Source: Nannocystales bacterium
GTDB taxonomy: Bacteria > Myxococcota_A > Polyangia > Nannocystales > Nannocystaceae
Reading direction: 5' to 3'
Assembly (NCBI GenBank): GCA_050633305.1
Contig: JBOEGF010000001.1
Coordinates: 32,001-96,000, forward strand
DNA: 64,000 bases
Below the pieces are notes generated by a model. The model saw nothing but the letters and a program-made list of their open reading frames with translations, made no database searches and was not told where the DNA came from. Each line of letters begins with the position of its first letter. The stretch's first letter is position 1. The position numbers and the translations under genes were made by a program. Positions 9,004 to 19,662 of the stretch are shown one piece after another.

Positions 9004-11484
9004 CTAGTGGAGCCAGCGGCGGCCCTGCTCGTCGTCCTCGACCACGTTGCTGTCGGCGTCGTCCGAGCCGGAGCGATCCCGCTCTCGGAGGACAGCGGCG
9101 AGGATGAGGCCGAGCCCAGCAGCCCATAGCAACACCAGGAACGCCGTCAGGTACGGACTCGCGCCCATGCCGAGCAAGAACGGGTTGGCCGCGGCACGGG
9201 TCACTGCGACGTGGTTGACCTCCATGCCGTAGATGGCGCCTGCAGCGATGAGCTGAAGGATGACCACCGACGCGCCCATCATCAGAGAACGATGGCGCCC
9301 GTGGCGGCGGCGGCTGGTCCACAGCAACGTGGCGACGATCGTCTGCCCGATCATCAGACCGTGGGCGAGGGTCGCCCACATGACCTCGGACTGCTCGCTC
9401 GCGAGGCCGGTCCGCTCGAGGACCAGCTGATACGCGATGGCGAGGGCGCCCGCGGTCAGCATCACGAACAGCTGGAACCGCAAGAACCCGCGCCGTGCCT
9501 CGGAGACGCTCGCGACCGAAGAGGCCCGAGCGGGTCGGACGAGACTGGTGACGAGCAGCCAGCCGAGCACGGGTACGAGGAAGCCGACGGCGACGAAGGT
9601 GATGAGGTTGACGTCGTCGTAGGTCTGGACGTGGACGCGCTCGCTCAAGTCGAGGACGGCCAGGGCGCTGCAGCCGACCGAGGCCAGCGCCAGCAAGGCG
9701 CCTTCGAACGGACGGAACAAGGGTGCCCAGGGCTGCTCGACGCGGCGTCGCCAGCTCATCAGGCACATCAGGCCAAACAACGCCTGGATGACCAGCGCGT
9801 AGCCGGCGATCGTGGGGCCGAGGTCCGAGCTTCCACCGGTCGCAGCGTCGGCTGCGAATGGCATGCCCGACAGGCCGAGGCCCGAGGCGATCGTCAGGGG
9901 CAGCGGGCCGAGCAGGAACCCGGTCGCTGCCATGTCGCCCACGACCATCGTCGCGCCGACGAGGCCTGGTCCGAGCAAGCCCAGCGCCAGCAGTCCGCCG
10001 ACGACCATCGCGTTGACCCGCTGGCCGAGCGCATCGCCCAGGCCGATCGCGGTGAGGTGAGTTGCTGCGGCCAGGGTCAGCAGAGCACCGACGGGCATGA
10101 CGAGCGCGCCAGGTCCCACGGTGAGCAGCAGCATCGGCAGGGCGAAGGTCAGAAGGCCCGCGCCCGCGATGAGGGCGAATACGTTGGGCCCAACGGTCAT
10201 CGCAAGGGCTAGGTCACCCGCGCTCATCCCCGTCATACGAAGGACGGGCAGCGTGCCGGCTTCTCGCTCTCGCGCGGTGGTGGTCGCGGTGACGACGGGA
10301 CCGACCACGACCAGCATGATGCCGGAGAGGAGGAACAGAACCGTTCCGATGATCTGCCACTGCTGCGACCCCGACAACGGCGAGCGGTAGCGTTCGGTGG
10401 CCTTCGTGATGCGCCCCGTCGCGTAGGGGTCGGTCCAGGCGCCGTGCCATGACTCGTGCCCGGGCTGAAAGACCAGCTCCCGAAGTTCGTCTGCGTGCAC
10501 GACCGCGGCCGTGGCGAGCGTGTCGTCGACCGTGCGCAGACCGGAGGCCGCAGCGGCATGGTGCACGCTACTGCTCATCAGGTCGGCGCCCTGCTCGGCG
10601 TCAAAGAGGTCCCAGCCTTGAAGGGCGGAGGCCGGCGGTCGGACCGCGAGCCATGCGGCGAGTTCGAGGCCTTCTGAGAAACTCTCGGCATCGCCACCCT
10701 CGGGGAGAACGGAGGCGGTGAGTTCGGAGCGGCTGACCCGCTTGGCGGCTTCCTGTTCCCGCTGCTCGTTCTTGGGCACGTCCCGAGCCAGCAGCCGCTG
10801 GAGGTTGTCGCTGAGTTCGGCGAGCGTGACGCGCTCGAGTTCGAGCTGCTTGCGAAGCGCGGTCCGCATGTCGGGAGCGGCGCCGCCCTGACGCCACTTG
10901 TCGGACGCGGTGGTGCAGCCCAACCATCCGGTTTCGTCGAAGTCTGTGGTTTGGCACTCCTCCATGACCTGCAGCGGCCACAGGATTCGGGCGCGTCGGA
11001 TCTCGACGGACGCCACCTGCGCGGGACGGAGATCGACGACCGACTGGAGCAGCGCGACCTTCAAGGCGACGGTGTCTCCTTGGAGCACACCCGTGGACTT
11101 GGAGGACTTGGCCGCCTCGACCAGCGCCGTGGCTTCTTCGAGCCGATCCTGGGCGAGGTCCACACGCTCGACGAGCTCGCTCAGCACGGCGCGACGCATC
11201 ATCTGGGCGTGGGCAAACTCGCGGTCGACTTTGGCCTGCGCCCGATCGTCGTAGCTACACGACGGCTGGTCGACGTCTCCGCAGACGGCGAAGGGCGCCT
11301 CGAGCCCCAAGTCGACGCGAAGCTGGTGCGCTTCGGAGCTGTCGATACGTCCCAGCGCCGAGACGCCAAGCCACGTGAGGCCAAACAGGACCGAGACCGC
11401 CACGACCGCGCTGGTAAGGCGCGCGCGAAGGTCTCGACGAAGGAAAGGACGCAGTCGTTGCGTCAGCTGCAGTGGAAGGCGCAT
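9004..11484 (-). CDS. ABC-2-type permease-like membrane protein with a large extracytoplasmic domain
   Basis: N-terminal TM, long soluble region, then motif AREREAGTLPVLRMTGMS and many TM helices; AAGGAG RBS upstream of ATG 11484. Confidence 0.65.
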   Translation of the reverse strand: MRLPLQLTQRLRPFLRRDLRARLTSAVVAVSVLFGLTWLGVSALGRIDSSEAHQLRVDLGLEAPFAVCGDVDQPSCSYDDRAQAKVDREFAHAQMMRRAVLSELVERVDLAQDRLEEATALVEAAKSSKSTGVLQGDTVALKVALLQSVVDLRPAQVASVEIRRARILWPLQVMEECQTTDFDETGWLGCTTASDKWRQGGAAPDMRTALRKQLELERVTLAELSDNLQRLLARDVPKNEQREQEAAKRVSRSELTASVLPEGGDAESFSEGLELAAWLAVRPPASALQGWDLFDAEQGADLMSSSVHHAAAASGLRTVDDTLATAAVVHADELRELVFQPGHESWHGAWTDPYATGRITKATERYRSPLSGSQQWQIIGTVLFLLSGIMLVVVGPVVTATTTAREREAGTLPVLRMTGMSAGDLALAMTVGPNVFALIAGAGLLTFALPMLLLTVGPGALVMPVGALLTLAAATHLTAIGLGDALGQRVNAMVVGGLLALGLLGPGLVGATMVVGDMAATGFLLGPLPLTIASGLGLSGMPFAADAATGGSSDLGPTIAGYALVIQALFGLMCLMSWRRRVEQPWAPLFRPFEGALLALASVGCSALAVLDLSERVHVQTYDDVNLITFVAVGFLVPVLGWLLVTSLVRPARASSVASVSEARRGFLRFQLFVMLTAGALAIAYQLVLERTGLASEQSEVMWATLAHGLMIGQTIVATLLWTSRRRHGRHRSLMMGASVVILQLIAAGAIYGMEVNHVAVTRAAANPFLLGMGASPYLTAFLVLLWAAGLGLILAAVLRERDRSGSDDADSNVVEDDEQGRRWLH

Positions 11485-11831
11485 CACGCACTCCTTGTGG
11501 CGGTGGGAGAGGAAGCGGAGCCGGAACACCGGTCCACGGAAACAGGCACAGACACCAGGCCGGCGGACGATCCGCGGACAGGGCATACGACACCAGGCTC
11601 TTTGTATTGTTCCATAAAAGTAGGCCCGGTGCTGGGCGAATGGTCGCCCGAGTTGGTCCGCTTCTCGGCGAACCCGACGAACCCAACACAAGCTGGGGCG
11701 CCGCGAGCGTGACAACGGTCGAGCTCGCGTGAAGATTTCCCCCAGGGGAAAAAACTCCGTCGCACTGGGGACAACGCCGATTCGCAGCGCGGCATATCGC
11801 GCCGTCGCTCCCGCAGATAGACTCCTGCGCC

Positions 11832-13637
11832 ATGGAAGCGCTCACCCAGCTTGAGAGCCTCGACCTCGACTCCACCCGCCACGAAGCGGTGAAGCGTTGG
11901 CTGACCGAAGACCGCTTCGAAGCCGACCGAGCCGACCTGCAAGCGTTGGTGAGTGGGGCGTCGAGCGGTGACGCCGATGCTCGCGCCCGACTGCTCGATG
12001 CCTTCGATGGACCGCTGCCGATCGGGACCGGCGGACGTCGAGGCGAGGTTGGACCTGGGACGAACCGGATGAACGCGGCCGTCATGCGGGAGACGGCCGA
12101 AGGGCTCGCCAATGCGATGCGGGCCGAGGGGGTGCCAATGGAGGCGGCGGTCGTGTTTGACACCCGTCGAGACTCGAAGCTGTTTGCGCGGGCCGTCTCC
12201 GACCAACTCGCCGCCTGTGGCGTGAACGTGTTGCTCGTCAACGAGCCGCGGCCGACGCCGTTGCTGTCGCATATCGTGCGTGCACGTGGGTGCGGTGCCG
12301 GGGTTGTGATCTCTGCGAGCCACAACCCGCCTGGGGACAACGGCATCAAGATCTACGGACCGGATGGTGCGCAGGTTCTCGGCAAACGCGACAAGGCGCT
12401 GATGACGGCGATCATGGCGGCGATGGCTGCGCCGCTGACACCCATCGATGTGCCCGTCGGCCGGGTCACGGTGCTCGACGGAGATCGTGTGGCCGAAGTC
12501 GACGATCCGTATCTCGAATACGTGCGTGCCCAGGCGACGGTCGGAGACCTCTCCGATGCCGCACTTCGGGTCGTCTACTCACCGCTACACGGGGTGGGGG
12601 AATCGTCCGTGGTGCCCGTACTGGGGTCGATGGGCGTCGACGTCCACACCGTACTCGCCCAACAGCCCGACGGCGGGGAGTTCGGCACGGTGGCGTCGGC
12701 GAACCCCGAGTCGCCCGCCGCGTTGGATCTCGGCAAGGCACTGGCGGACGAGGTCGATGCTGATCTCGTGATCGCGAACGACCCGGATGCGGACCGCGTC
12801 GGGGCACTCGCGAAAGACGGCGGCGCCTGGACGTTCATCGACGGCAACAGGCTCGCGGTGATCATGCTCGACCACGTGTTGCGCCATGTGACCCCCACAC
12901 CCCGGAGTTGGGTCCTGACCACGCTTTGCACCTCGCCGCTCATCGGATCGCTGGCACGCGAGCGCGGTGTGGAAGCGGTCGATGACCTGCTCGTGGGCTT
13001 CAAGCACCACGCGGGCATGATGGAGGAGCAGCCGAGCAGGCACTTGGAGTTCGCGACCGAAGAAGCCCACGGCTATCTGCGCGGGGACGACGTGCACGAC
13101 AAGGATGGCGCTGTCGCTTCGGTGATGCTGGCGGAGGCCGAAGCGGTCGCGAAGCGAAAAGGGCAAACCGTCTTCGATCAGCTTCGCGAGGTGTGGTCGC
13201 GGTTGGGCTATCACAAGGAGACGACTGCCAACATCTACGCGCTGGGTGCGGTGGGGCGTGAGGCGATCGCCGGGCTCGTGGCGGCGTGGCGCAAGGACCC
13301 TCCGACGCAGTTCGGTGGACTGGCGGTGACGTCCGTCGAGGACCGGACCCACGCACGCGGAACCGGCAGCGTGACCCGAGACTTGCTCGGCAACGTTTTG
13401 GTGTTCGAACTCGCGGCACAGGGGGCTGCGGCATGTCGGCTGGTCGTCCGGCCCAGCGGGACGGAGCCCAAGGCCAAGCTCTACGCGTTGGCGCGCAGCA
13501 CCGAGCCGACGCCCATCGGCGCGCTCGAGGCCGTGCAAACCGAGATCGACGCCATCGTCCAGGCCGTCTTGGTGGATGCGCAGGCTCGGGCGGAGACGAT
13601 CATGAAGCCGATTCTCGAAGGCAACGCTGCGGGGTGA
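11832..13637 (+). CDS. phosphoglucomutase/phosphomannomutase (alpha-D-phosphohexomutase)
   Basis: GTGGRRG, ISASHNP (phosphoserine loop), DPDADR (metal loop), RPSGTEPK. Confidence 0.92.
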   Translation: MEALTQLESLDLDSTRHEAVKRWLTEDRFEADRADLQALVSGASSGDADARARLLDAFDGPLPIGTGGRRGEVGPGTNRMNAAVMRETAEGLANAMRAEGVPMEAAVVFDTRRDSKLFARAVSDQLAACGVNVLLVNEPRPTPLLSHIVRARGCGAGVVISASHNPPGDNGIKIYGPDGAQVLGKRDKALMTAIMAAMAAPLTPIDVPVGRVTVLDGDRVAEVDDPYLEYVRAQATVGDLSDAALRVVYSPLHGVGESSVVPVLGSMGVDVHTVLAQQPDGGEFGTVASANPESPAALDLGKALADEVDADLVIANDPDADRVGALAKDGGAWTFIDGNRLAVIMLDHVLRHVTPTPRSWVLTTLCTSPLIGSLARERGVEAVDDLLVGFKHHAGMMEEQPSRHLEFATEEAHGYLRGDDVHDKDGAVASVMLAEAEAVAKRKGQTVFDQLREVWSRLGYHKETTANIYALGAVGREAIAGLVAAWRKDPPTQFGGLAVTSVEDRTHARGTGSVTRDLLGNVLVFELAAQGAAACRLVVRPSGTEPKAKLYALARSTEPTPIGALEAVQTEIDAIVQAVLVDAQARAETIMKPILEGNAAG

Positions 13638-14965
13638 GCCGGCGCGCATGGCTGGGGCTGCTCGCCACCGCGGCGCTCCTCGGGGTCGCCTTGTGGACAC
13701 TCCGCCCTACGATCCGTGGCGGGTCCACCGGCTTCTCGTTGGCGGATGATGACGCGGGCGAGGGCAGTCTGGGGTCCCGCGGCGGCGGTGGGGTGCGTGC
13801 GGCGGAGGTCGACCTCGATGCGTCCCATGTCGTGCGGGGGGAGGTTGTCGATGCCGATGGTCGACCGCTGACAGAAGGAGCCCTGTTGCTGCGTTGTCTG
13901 CAGGGGGACGCCGTGCGGGTGCTCGGAACCGTCAAGGTCGATGAGGAAGGGCAGTTTGAAGGCCCTGGCTGCCGAGGACAGGTCTGCGCGACGCTGCAGC
14001 ACGCCTCGCAGTCGCCGGCCGAACCTTGGGTTTTACGTCCTGGAAGTCGATCCGTGTTGCGGACCGAGGGGCTCGAGCGGTTGTGGGGGGAGGTCGTGAC
14101 ACCCACTGGAGACTCGGTCGAGGCCGCGCGGATCGTGTTCTTGCCCGCCGGACCGGCGGACGAACGCGACCCGCTGGCGCTGTTGCCGTTGGTCACACGC
14201 AGCACGACGAGCGACGCGGATGGGCGGTTCAGCGTCGCCTGGATTCAGCGCGCTCCGTGTGGGCCGTGCGAGGAGGCCACGGGCGGCTGTGCCGAGCTCC
14301 CGGACTTCGTCGAGGGCCTGGAGGTTCTTGCCACAGCGCCCGGGTTCGCGGCTGGCCGGGCCGCGTTCGACCGGGACAGCGTGAGCGACCCGGATGCACC
14401 GCTGCGCGTCGTCCTCACGAAGGCGGAGGATCTCCTCACCGGACAACTCCTCGACAGTCAGGGGAACGCGTACGCGCGGGCGTATGTCCTGGCCCAATCC
14501 GTGGATCGGCCTCGTGAGCAACGACGGGCGGAGGTCGATGCGGAGGGCAACTTCGAGATGGACGGGCTTGGGCCTGGCTCCCATCGAGTACGGGCGCTCC
14601 AAGACGGCGTCGAGTTGGCGACCGGCGAGGCTGACGCGGGGGCAGATGTGGAGCTCGCAGGTACGGTCGAGGCTCGGGGGCCGGACCTCGAAGTCTCCGT
14701 TCTCCTTGAAAATGGGCGGTTCGCGGTCGGCGCGACCGTGGATGGGGGGCCATTTCATGGAGAGAAGACCGACATGAAGGGCAAGGTGCGTGCGGAGTCT
14801 GTCTTGCCCGGCACGATGGCCCTGCGGGTGCGACAGGGCGGGCGCAGCCAGCGTACGCGCGTGGAGATCCCGGGCGCGGACGAGGCCGGGACTGCACACC
14901 CGCATCGCGTGGAGATTCGTCTTGGAGAAGAGCCGGCGCACCCGGGGCCGCGGCCCGGGCTATGA
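13634..14965 (+). CDS. membrane-anchored protein with carboxypeptidase-regulatory-like (transthyretin-fold) repeats
   Basis: GTG overlaps upstream stop (GTGA); N-terminal TM; repeats VRGEVVDADGRPL, TTSDADGRF, EVDAEGNFEMDGLGPG. Confidence 0.65.
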   Translation: MSRRAWLGLLATAALLGVALWTLRPTIRGGSTGFSLADDDAGEGSLGSRGGGGVRAAEVDLDASHVVRGEVVDADGRPLTEGALLLRCLQGDAVRVLGTVKVDEEGQFEGPGCRGQVCATLQHASQSPAEPWVLRPGSRSVLRTEGLERLWGEVVTPTGDSVEAARIVFLPAGPADERDPLALLPLVTRSTTSDADGRFSVAWIQRAPCGPCEEATGGCAELPDFVEGLEVLATAPGFAAGRAAFDRDSVSDPDAPLRVVLTKAEDLLTGQLLDSQGNAYARAYVLAQSVDRPREQRRAEVDAEGNFEMDGLGPGSHRVRALQDGVELATGEADAGADVELAGTVEARGPDLEVSVLLENGRFAVGATVDGGPFHGEKTDMKGKVRAESVLPGTMALRVRQGGRSQRTRVEIPGADEAGTAHPHRVEIRLGEEPAHPGPRPGL

Positions 14966-14975
14966 TGCGGCTCGC

Positions 14976-17900
14976 GTGCCGAGCAGTTCACCCCACGCTG
15001 CCGACGAGACCGTGTCGGACCGATTGGGTCGCGTTGATCTCCCCGAAGGCTACCCAGAGGTCTTCGGCAAGTACGTTCTCGTGCGGCCGATGGCACGAGG
15101 CGGAATGGGAGAGCTTTTCATCGCCGCCTCTGGTGAGACCGGTGGGTTCGAGAAGCTCTGCGTCGTCAAGAAGGTGCTCCATAGCCTCGAGGACGGCGCG
15201 GTCCACCGACGGTTCTTGGATGAGGCCAAGGTCGTGGTGCGGCTCAACCACGCCAACCTCGTGCAGGTGTTCGACGCCGGCAAAGTCAACGAGGAGTACT
15301 ACCTCGCGATGGAGCTGGTGGAGGGCAAGGACCTTCGTGCGGTCTGGAACCGTTGCGCCCAGCTCCACCGTCGCATCCCGGTCGACATCGCGATCTTCGT
15401 CGTCCGCGAGGTGCTTCGCGGTCTGCACTATGTGCACGACGCGATGGGGCTCGATCTCGTTCACCGCGACATCTCCCCGCCCAACGTCTTGGTTGGCTAC
15501 CGCGGCGACGTCAAGCTCACCGACTTCGGGCTCGCCAAGAGCTCGATCAAACGGGAGATGACAAGCCCCGGGGTTGTCTTCGGCCGCTACAGCTATCTCT
15601 CGCCGGAACAGGCCAAGGGCCTCCCCGCAGATCGCCGGACCGACATCTATGCCTGCGCCATCGTGCTGTGGGAGCTGCTGACCGGGCGGCAGTTGTTCCC
15701 GTCCGGGGGCCGCTCGCACACGGAGGCGTTGGACGCGGTTCGCAATCCCAAAGCGGAAGCCCCGTCGTCCTTGGTGCCCGGCATCCCCGACGGGCTCGAC
15801 GAGATTGTGCTTCGCGGTCTGACGCGCGACCGCGAGGACCGCTACCAAGCCGCTGGCGATTTCCGAGCCGCGCTGTCGGACATTCTCGCGAAGAACTTCC
15901 CGGCCGCGGATGCAGACCGCGTGGCCGAGTTCATGCGCGACATCTTTGCCCGCGAGGCGAAGATGGAGCAGCGGGACTACCTCGAGCTGTCGTCCCATGA
16001 CTTCTCCGATCTTCGCGCGCAGGGCGAGGAGAGTGAGCTGATCAGCATCAGCGACGTGGTCGCGAGCCTGCACCAAAAGCCGCGCTCCACCATGGAACTC
16101 GGCGAATCGGACATCGTTGAACTCGAGGGGCGGGGTGGTCGTCGCTGGGACGAACGACCCGATGCGGCGTCCCTGGCCGAGGCTGCGGGGACATGGGTCG
16201 GCCGTGTCATTTCGCAGCGCTATCGCGTCGAGTCTCTGATCGGCGTCGGCGGCATGGGAGCGGTCTTCCGGGTCAAACACCTCGTGTTGGGCAAGACCTT
16301 CGCGCTCAAGGTGTTGCACAGCCACTACACGCGGGATGCCGACGTCATCACCCGCTTCATGCGGGAGGCCCGAGCTGCGTCGCAGACCGGCCACCCACAC
16401 ATCATCGACGTGCTCGATGTCGGCACCAACGACGAAGGCGACGTCTACTTCGTGATGGAGCTGCTCGAGGGGCAAAACCTCGGGGAAGCGATCAAGCGCG
16501 AGGGGCCGTTGGCCGTCCGCCGAGCGGTGCACATCGCTCGTCAGGTGTGCCAGGCGCTCTCTGCCGCCCACGCGGCGGGCATCATCCACCGCGACCTCAA
16601 GTCCGAGAACATCATCCTCACCCCCCGGGGCAAGGATCCGGACTTCGTGAAGGTGCTCGACTTCGGCATCTGCAAACAGATGGACGGGGAGTCGGAGACG
16701 ACCTCTCCGGGGCTCATCATGGGTTCGCCCGACTACATGGCCCCCGAGCAAGGGGCGGGACTCGATGCGACCATTGCCAGCGACATCTATGCGCTAGGGT
16801 GCATTCTGTTCGAGATGTTGACCGGCCGGATGCCGTTCCAGGGGCGGAACGCGGTCGATGTGCTCATGCAAAAGGGCGCTCGGGAGGCCGACACGGTCAC
16901 CGTGTATCGACCCGAGGTCCCCAACCCGGTCGCCTCGGCGATCGGGCGCTGCCTCAAGCGCCAACCCGGCGATCGACCTCCTTCGATGCGTTCGCTCGAG
17001 TACGAGTTGACGCGCGCCATTGACGGGCGTGCTTCGGCGGTCGCGAACGTTCTGGGGATGGAGGCGAGTGATGAGCGTCCCGACGATGCTGGCGCGAGCC
17101 TGAGCATGAACCGGGCTGCAATCGCGACCATGGGCGAGGGCGTCTACGGACGCGACTACGAGCAACAGGACTTCACGCAGATCGCTCCCCCGCCTCGCGA
17201 CCCGGCTGCGCTGACGAACTCACAACCCGTGGTGCCTCCGCCGGGCACCCCCCAGGCTGCGCTTTCGGCCAGCTCTGATCCCGTTGAGGTGGCCCCTGCG
17301 GAGTCGCGCTCCCCGGTTCGTGGCATCTTGCTCGTCGCGCTCGGAGGAGCGTTGGCGTTGGGTGTGCTCGCGGTTGCGATGCCCGGTGGGCTGGGACGGC
17401 TCTTCGGGGACGGATCCGGCGACCGGAAGGGAGATGACCGTGGCACGCAGGAACCCACGGCATCGAAGAAAGCAGACCCGGCCGTGGTGCCAGCTCCGAC
17501 CCCACCGCAGCGGCCCGCCGCCGTTGCGCCCGCCAAGACCGACGTCGGCACCGCCGGAGGGCAGGCCGAAGACACGGCGGCGGCACAACCCGGTGGCGAA
17601 GAGGTGCCGCCCGGTGAGCCGAGCGACGTCCCCGCGGAGGTCCCCGCAGGAGAGCCTCCTGTGGCGCCGGCTGCCCCGGTCGCGGACGATGACGACGAGG
17701 ACCCGCAGGCTATTGTTGCGCTGGCCGAGGCGGCGCTCGAGGCCCAGCGCTGGACGACGCCCTCGAAAGACAGCCTCGCCTCCCACCTGTCCCGCCTCCA
17801 ACTCCTCGCGCCCGGGGACGAGTCCCTCGCGCGGCTTAGGAAGGCGGCGGCCGAGACCCTGCTTCCCGAGGGAGACAAAGCGCTCAAGAAGAAGCGCTGG

Positions 17901-18233
17901 GCGGATGCGGTTGTCGCCTACCGCAACCTTCGCTCGATCTGGCCAGACCACGCGGAGGCTCGCGAGGGCCTGCTCCAGGCGTTGGCCGGCCAGGCTCGGG
18001 TGTTGCGAAAGCTCGACGACCACGAAGGCGGTTTGGCCTCGGCGGACGAGTGGCTCAACGTGCAGCCCAACAGCTTCGATGCCTTGATGCTTCGCGGCGA
18101 CATGCTCTACGCGCTATCGCGGTGGGCCGAGGCGAAGGAAGCCTATCGTCTGGCCCGGAAAGAGAAGCCGCGCTCGAAGGCCGCCAAGGAGAAGTTCTTC
18201 AAGGCGTCCCGGCGAGCGCGTAAGGCCAAGTAG
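14976..18233 (+). CDS. Ser/Thr protein kinase with two kinase domains, TM helix, Pro-rich linker and C-terminal TPRs
   Basis: Domain 1 GGMG/HRDISPPN/DFG/SPE; domain 2 GVGGMG/HRDLKSEN/DFG/APE; TM ILLVALGGALALGVLAV; start estimated. Confidence 0.9.
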   Translation: MPSSSPHAADETVSDRLGRVDLPEGYPEVFGKYVLVRPMARGGMGELFIAASGETGGFEKLCVVKKVLHSLEDGAVHRRFLDEAKVVVRLNHANLVQVFDAGKVNEEYYLAMELVEGKDLRAVWNRCAQLHRRIPVDIAIFVVREVLRGLHYVHDAMGLDLVHRDISPPNVLVGYRGDVKLTDFGLAKSSIKREMTSPGVVFGRYSYLSPEQAKGLPADRRTDIYACAIVLWELLTGRQLFPSGGRSHTEALDAVRNPKAEAPSSLVPGIPDGLDEIVLRGLTRDREDRYQAAGDFRAALSDILAKNFPAADADRVAEFMRDIFAREAKMEQRDYLELSSHDFSDLRAQGEESELISISDVVASLHQKPRSTMELGESDIVELEGRGGRRWDERPDAASLAEAAGTWVGRVISQRYRVESLIGVGGMGAVFRVKHLVLGKTFALKVLHSHYTRDADVITRFMREARAASQTGHPHIIDVLDVGTNDEGDVYFVMELLEGQNLGEAIKREGPLAVRRAVHIARQVCQALSAAHAAGIIHRDLKSENIILTPRGKDPDFVKVLDFGICKQMDGESETTSPGLIMGSPDYMAPEQGAGLDATIASDIYALGCILFEMLTGRMPFQGRNAVDVLMQKGAREADTVTVYRPEVPNPVASAIGRCLKRQPGDRPPSMRSLEYELTRAIDGRASAVANVLGMEASDERPDDAGASLSMNRAAIATMGEGVYGRDYEQQDFTQIAPPPRDPAALTNSQPVVPPPGTPQAALSASSDPVEVAPAESRSPVRGILLVALGGALALGVLAVAMPGGLGRLFGDGSGDRKGDDRGTQEPTASKKADPAVVPAPTPPQRPAAVAPAKTDVGTAGGQAEDTAAAQPGGEEVPPGEPSDVPAEVPAGEPPVAPAAPVADDDDEDPQAIVALAEAALEAQRWTTPSKDSLASHLSRLQLLAPGDESLARLRKAAAETLLPEGDKALKKKRWADAVVAYRNLRSIWPDHAEAREGLLQALAGQARVLRKLDDHEGGLASADEWLNVQPNSFDALMLRGDMLYALSRWAEAKEAYRLARKEKPRSKAAKEKFFKASRRARKAK

Positions 18234-18255
18234 CCTTGAGGGTCGGCTCGTCGCT

Positions 18256-19662
18256 CTAGCCGCCCCGGAAGAACAGGAGACTCACCAGCAAGAAGCACGG
18301 CATGAGGACGAGGCCGGACCACTTCATGTAGCCGAAGAAGCTGGGCATCTCGATCTTCTGCTCCTCTGCGATCGCCTTGACCATGAAGTTGGGGCCGTTG
18401 CCGATGTACGTGTTTGCGCCCATGAACACCGCACCCACCGAGATCGCCTGCAGGACGATGACCGGAATGCGGATGACATCGCTGACCAACTCGCCACTAA
18501 GCTGGCCGTGTTCCACCATGCCTTTGGCGGTCTCGAAGAACACGACGTAGGTCGGGGCGTTGTCGAGCACGCTCGACAGCAGGCCCGTGATCCAGAAGAA
18601 CTTCGCCGGGGTGTCGACGCCAAGCTCTCCGCCGCGGGCCGAGAGCAGCATCTGCGCCGGAATCATCGTGAGGAAGATGCCGATGAACAGGGCCGCGACC
18701 TCGAGGATCGGGAACCACGAGAACCGGTTCTTCTCTCGAATGTCGGCCTTGGTCATGAACTTTGATGCGACAGCGCAGCCGATCATGGCGGCTTCCCGGA
18801 GGAACAGCCCGTACTCCGGCTTGATCAGCGCGACGCACAAGACGATGCCGAGCAGCCAGACCACATTGGAGGTGCCCTCGATGCTCAGGGGTTCGACGGT
18901 GTTCGCGTCAAAGGCCTTGACCTTGTCGCTCTCCCGTTTCCAGAAGTGGCGGTCCAGCAGATAGAACGAGGTCAGGAGGATGACGCAGACCACCGCCATC
19001 TCTCGCCACAGGTTGAGCGTCCACAGGAAGGGGACCCCGCGCAGGTAGCCGAGGAACAGCGGCGGGTCGCCGATCGGGAGCAGGGAGCCACCGATGTTGG
19101 AGACCAGGAAGATGAAGAAAATGACGATGTGAACTTTGTAGCGGCGCTCGTGGTTGGTACGCAGCAGCGGCCGGATCAACAGCATCGAAGCACCGGTCGT
19201 TCCGATGATCGAGGCGATCGATGTGCCGAACAGCAGGAACTTGAAGTTGGTCCCTGGCGTCGCCCGGAGATCGCCTTTGAGCAAGATGCCGCCCGAGACG
19301 TAGAAGAGCGTCCCCAGCAGGACGATGAAGCTGACGTACTCCTCGATGACGTGCCACAGCGCTGTGTAGTTGTGGCTGATGAACGTCACCCAGATGAGCG
19401 GGTAGGCGGCGAGCACCGCCCCGACCTTCAGCTTGTTCTCGTTCTTGTGCCACCAGTGCTCCAGCCGGGTCAGCGGAAGCACCGCGATCGACAACAGCAT
19501 GATCACGAAGAACGAGAGCATCCACAGCGGTGGGAGCTCTCCGCCGCCTCCGCCCGACGCGAGTGCCGGCGCCGGCGCGAGGCCTGCGGTGAGAGCCAGC
19601 GCGGGGGCCAGGAGCCGACGAGTGAAGTTCGGTCGATGGGCAAGCGACGAGCGGCTGAGCAT
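18256..19662 (-). CDS. sodium:proton antiporter / ion transporter (IT) superfamily permease
   Basis: Polytopic; motifs SNIGGSLLPIGDPPLFLG, LSSVLDNAPTY, GANTYIGNGPNFMVK; GGAGG upstream of ATG 19662. Confidence 0.85.
   Translation of the reverse strand: MLSRSSLAHRPNFTRRLLAPALALTAGLAPAPALASGGGGGELPPLWMLSFFVIMLLSIAVLPLTRLEHWWHKNENKLKVGAVLAAYPLIWVTFISHNYTALWHVIEEYVSFIVLLGTLFYVSGGILLKGDLRATPGTNFKFLLFGTSIASIIGTTGASMLLIRPLLRTNHERRYKVHIVIFFIFLVSNIGGSLLPIGDPPLFLGYLRGVPFLWTLNLWREMAVVCVILLTSFYLLDRHFWKRESDKVKAFDANTVEPLSIEGTSNVVWLLGIVLCVALIKPEYGLFLREAAMIGCAVASKFMTKADIREKNRFSWFPILEVAALFIGIFLTMIPAQMLLSARGGELGVDTPAKFFWITGLLSSVLDNAPTYVVFFETAKGMVEHGQLSGELVSDVIRIPVIVLQAISVGAVFMGANTYIGNGPNFMVKAIAEEQKIEMPSFFGYMKWSGLVLMPCFLLVSLLFFRGG

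Noticed and set aside
8828..9766. N-terminal extension of the 773-aa ORF at 7445-9766
   Set aside because: Arg/Pro-rich junk overlapping the permease gene and a terminator; the signal peptide begins at 8827
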